From the human T2T-CHM13v2.0 reference genome, Homo sapiens: 64,000 nucleotides of DNA. Position numbers and translations under genes: made by a program. Under the pieces are notes generated by a model. That model was not told where the DNA came from. It searched no databases and was given only the letters and a program-made list of their open reading frames with translations. The stretch lies in the NCBI RefSeq assembly GCF_009914755.1, contig NC_060928.1. One strand, given 5' to 3'. Shown here in pieces: positions 59,853 to 64,000 of the stretch. Numbering within the stretch: the stretch's first letter is position 1; each line of letters begins with the position of its first letter.

Positions 59853-61349
59853 CTGTAGGGAATCAATTAAAGTTGAAATATGGGCCTCCAAGTGAAAACC
59901 ATAAGCTTTGAAAAACAAGCATTTTGAAAATGTTTTGAAGCATGAGTATCAGTCAGGCCCTCAATGAATTCAGGTAAGGCTTGTCATTTGATGTATCACT
60001 TATTGAAGCACACAATTTCTTTGGTATTTTGAAAAACAATTATTCAAATTTATATGTTTCTTTTTTTTTTTTCTTTGGGAAAAGTCTTTTTAGTTTGAAT
60101 CTGCCTAGGATTAGAAATAATGAAATGTTCTTTGAAATTAGTCTTTTGCTGGCTTCACTTCTGGTGATTTATGAAAAGTACTGGGACTTGAGGTTTCTTG
60201 TTAATTATATCTGTAATAAGTTAGCTATTCAAACAGTGAAAAAATTCCCATGTGCTAATTCAAACTGATCTTGGGAAAATTAAAATCTTTTATAAAGTCT
60301 ATATATTATAGAATAGGGATGAAATGTAGATGCTCACTTTCTTTTGTAGTTTGCTCATTGTATATCAAATTTTATGTTCATAAAAATGTTTGTATTAACC
60401 TCATTTCTCCTGATTATTACTTCATAAATATTATTTTAATAAATTTATAGAAGAGGTCTATAAAATATAAAACATATAAAAACCTACAATAATCTCACAT
60501 TTTTAAACTTCAGAAGTAATTTAGATAAGGATAAGCTCAGTTAGATTTTAAATTCAAGGAACGTATAGTATTTCTAAGCCAGTCAAAAATGCTTAGAGCA
60601 CCCACAAACATGGTAATCATAATTCCATCTTAATTCTGTTTTTTCTTTCTGTGAGCTATTAATTGCCTTTTAGAGAAAAAGTAAAAATGAAGAGGGAGAT
60701 ATGATAGCAGAATATAATTTCTCCTAATGCTTTATAGCTCCAGCCTACTCATTTTCATACTTTCATTTAACTCTAACAACAGTCCTATGAATAAAGTGTC
60801 ATTATCACTGTTTTCCAATTGAGAAAATTTAATTTTCAAGATAACTTGCCATGGTTATTTAAATGAGTTCACTGTATTGGAAATGGGACTAAAACCTAAA
60901 TGCTTTTACTTCAAATCCTCATTTTTCACTTAACCATGCTTTGCCTTGTGAAAATGTGAAACGTGATGGAAAGAATATCCAGAAAATGAGTTGTAGTCTT
61001 GTCCCTACCATGTATAATGTGTGACTTTGAAGTAGCTTCATGCTCTCAGTTTTCTCTGAGGTCTCTTCTGGCTCTCAGTTGCTATCTGGACATTCATTTG
61101 GCACATCTTCATTGGGTGCCAACCCCCGCCCAATCACTTCTTAGGCACTGGAGATAAAGGGTGAATTGTACCACTTTTCTCACAGAACTTATGTTAAAGT
61201 GGGCGTCTTATAGGCCATAAACACGTAAGCCCATATATAGGTGGAACTTTTATTAAAATTTATGTAAAAGGAGAAAATTCTAAGACTTACAGCTGGTTAA
61301 GAGAACATGAAGGACCTGTTCTGTAATTTCATTACAGAAATTACTTTTA

Positions 61350-61820
61350 ATTAATCAATTAAGTTTTTAAACAAATTGGAGATATTTATGGTGTACAACA
61401 TGATGGTTTGAAATATATATACATTGTGGCATGACTAAATCAAGCTAATTAACATATGCATTATGCATTACCTTACATATCAGTTTTTTTGTGGTAAGAA
61501 GACTTAAAATCTACTCTTTTAGCAATTATAAAGTATGCAATGCATTGTTATTAACTCCATTCACCCTGTTGTACAATAGATCTCTTGAACTTAATCCTTC
61601 TGTCTAACTGAAATTTGTATTCTTTGACCAACAGCTCCCTGCACAACCCCCTGACCAGTCCCCAGTAACCAGCATTCTACTCTGCTTGTGAGTATGACTT
61701 CTTTAGATTCTACATATAAGTGAGACCATGAGGTATTAGTCTTTCTGTGCCTGGCTTATTTTATTTCACATAATGCCCTCCAGCATCATCCATGTTGTCG
61801 AAAATGGCAGGACTTCCTTC
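61350..61820 (-). mobile_element. L1MA/L1MB 3' end
   Basis: gtacaatagatctcttgaactt; ttagattctacatataagtgagaccatg. Confidence 0.85.
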
Positions 61821-62189
61821 ATTACAAAATTTATTAATATGCATATTATTGACCAAAATCTGGACTTTTCAGCCAATCTTAATAGCTAATTTATTTTAGT
61901 GTGATTGATTTAACATTGATCATCAGGTTCTGAGTTTTACTTCAATAATAATATAGATATAATTTGATTTCCATTATATTTTATATTTTCAAAACCATAT
62001 TTGGTTAAGTATACTGAATTATTTTCTTTTCTTTGGGCATTGTATTGCTAAGTTTATGTGATGTATGCCTGCATTATAAAAAACAGTTTTATTGAGATAT
62101 AATGCCAATCTTCTCATTTAAAGAGAAAATACAGTGGATTTTTGTATGTTCACAAAGTTGTGCAACTATTACCACAATTAATTTTAGAG

Positions 62190-63950
62190 AATTAAAATAA
62201 AGACTTTAATTTACAATGGCATCATATTATATGTTTAAGGATAAATCTGATAACACATGTGAAAGACATGTACACTGAAAACTATAAAATATTACTGAGA
62301 TAAAGACCTAAATAAATAGATATATCATATCTGTGGATGGAAGACTCAAAGATATTAGGATGTCGATTCTCTCCAAGCTGATTTATAAATTTAATTTAAT
62401 CCCAGCCAAAATCCCAATAGGCTAATTTTTGTTAAAAATTAAAAAACTGATTCTAAAGTCATCTAGAAATGTAAGGAAACTAGAGTAAACAAAAGCATTT
62501 TGAAAAAATAAAAAAGAAAACTGGAAAACTAATGCTATCCAATTTCAAACTTATGAAAAAGTTACAGCAATCAAGACTATAGTTTTGGTGTGAATATATA
62601 GAAATAGATCAATGGAACAAAAATAGACCCTCATATGTGGCAACTGATTTCTACTATAGCTGCAAAGGCAATGCAGCAAAAATGGCCTTTTCAAAATTAG
62701 TGCTGGAACAATTTAGATATCCATATGAAAAAGAGAACTTCAATCTATATTATTCATCATATATAATATTTAACTCAAAATGGATGTTAGGCCCAAATTT
62801 AGATTTCAGTCAAAATTTAGATTTAAATATAGATGTAAGTCTTAAAACAATAAAGCTTCTGAAACAAAAAGTTGGAGAAAACCTTTGTGACCTTGGGCAA
62901 AGCATAGAATTTTGGGTATTACATTAAAAGTATGCCACATCAAAGGACAAATTGATAAATTATACTTCATCAAAATTAAAATAATTTGCTCCTTGAAAGA
63001 ATTAGAGAATGAGAAGACAAGTTGGAATATTTGCAAATCATATAGCTGATAAAGGATTTGTATCCAGATTAAGGAATTCTCAAAACTTAATAACAAAACA
63101 AAATCATATTTTAAAAATGGGCAAAATATTTAAACAGAAACTTCATCAAAGCAGACATACAAATGCACATACGCAAATAAGGACAGGAAAAGATGCCAGA
63201 CATCACTAATCATTAGGCAAAGGCAATGAGATTCCACTAACGCCTATTTATTATAAAGGCTAAAATTAAAAATCTTGACCATCCTAAATATTGGTAAGGA
63301 TATAGAGACATTGCGGCTGTCTTAACAGTAGTATCACACACCACTTTAGAAAACCAAATTGTCAGTTTCTTAAAAAGTTGAACCTATACTTACCATATAA
63401 CCTAAGCATTCTATTCCCAAGTATTTACCCAAGAGAAATAAAAGGCTATGATTCTACAAAGATTTATAATAGAATGTTTATAGTAGCTTTATTAGTAATA
63501 ACCCCAAATGTGAAACAATCCATATGTCAATCAATAGGTGAATGGATATACAACTGTGTTATAGCCATGTAATGGGATTCTACTGAGCAATAAAAAGAAA
63601 CTATTGAAACATATTACAACATGAATAAAATAAAAAATACTGAATGGAAAAAAGCTAGACAAAAAAGTTCACATATATGATTCCATTTATATAAAATCCT
63701 AGAAAATGTCCCCTAATCTATAGTATTATAAAGATCACTGGCTGTCTGTGGATGGGTGTAGGGGAAATGAGGGTATCTGGGATTATAAAGAGTCACAAGG
63801 AACCTTTGGGGGTTGAATGAATATTTCCGTTCTATTAAGTGTGCTGGTGGTTTCATATGCATTTATACATGCAAATTTATCAAACTAGACAAATTAAATA
63901 TGCACAATTCATTCTACGTCTATTATATATTAGCAAAAGTATTAAATTAA
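62190..63950 (+). mobile_element. Old L1MC/L1MD ORF2 3' part and 3' UTR
   Basis: ORF remnants (IFANHIADKGFVSR; YPREIK..RMFIVALLVITPN). Confidence 0.85.
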
Positions 63951-64000
63951 AAGAGAAAAGATGGTGAATTTATTGAATGCTTTTCATTCTCCACATCTCT

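Overview
Primate (human-like) AT-rich, repeat-dense genomic DNA. There is no intact protein-coding gene, RNA gene, CpG island or CRISPR array, and nearly all listed ORFs are Alu/L1 read-through or chance. The left third (about 7.2-21.9 kb) is a nested transposon pile: an old ERVL provirus (MER76-like LTRs, pol remnants) broken up by L1PA, L1PB, MLT1 and Alu insertions. The main result is a decayed multi-exon gene on the minus strand. About ten core exons between 28.3 and 51.1 kb, plus weaker 5' candidates up to 59.9 kb, have AG/GT ends and matching intron phases. They carry about 11 in-frame stops, at least one frameshift and a MER47A DNA transposon inserted inside an exon. The reconstructed peptide resembles, from recalled sequences only, the multi-RGS-domain proteins RGS22/RGSL1, which suggests an unprocessed, possibly unitary, pseudogene. 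Also notable are an inverted Alu pair with a 99-bp copied arm (template-switch scar), a 38-bp-arm palindrome beside a pseudo-exon donor, and a (TTTCA)n block inside a (TTTTA)n Alu tail. Repeat subfamily names are from memory of consensus sequences, and many repeat boundaries are approximate.
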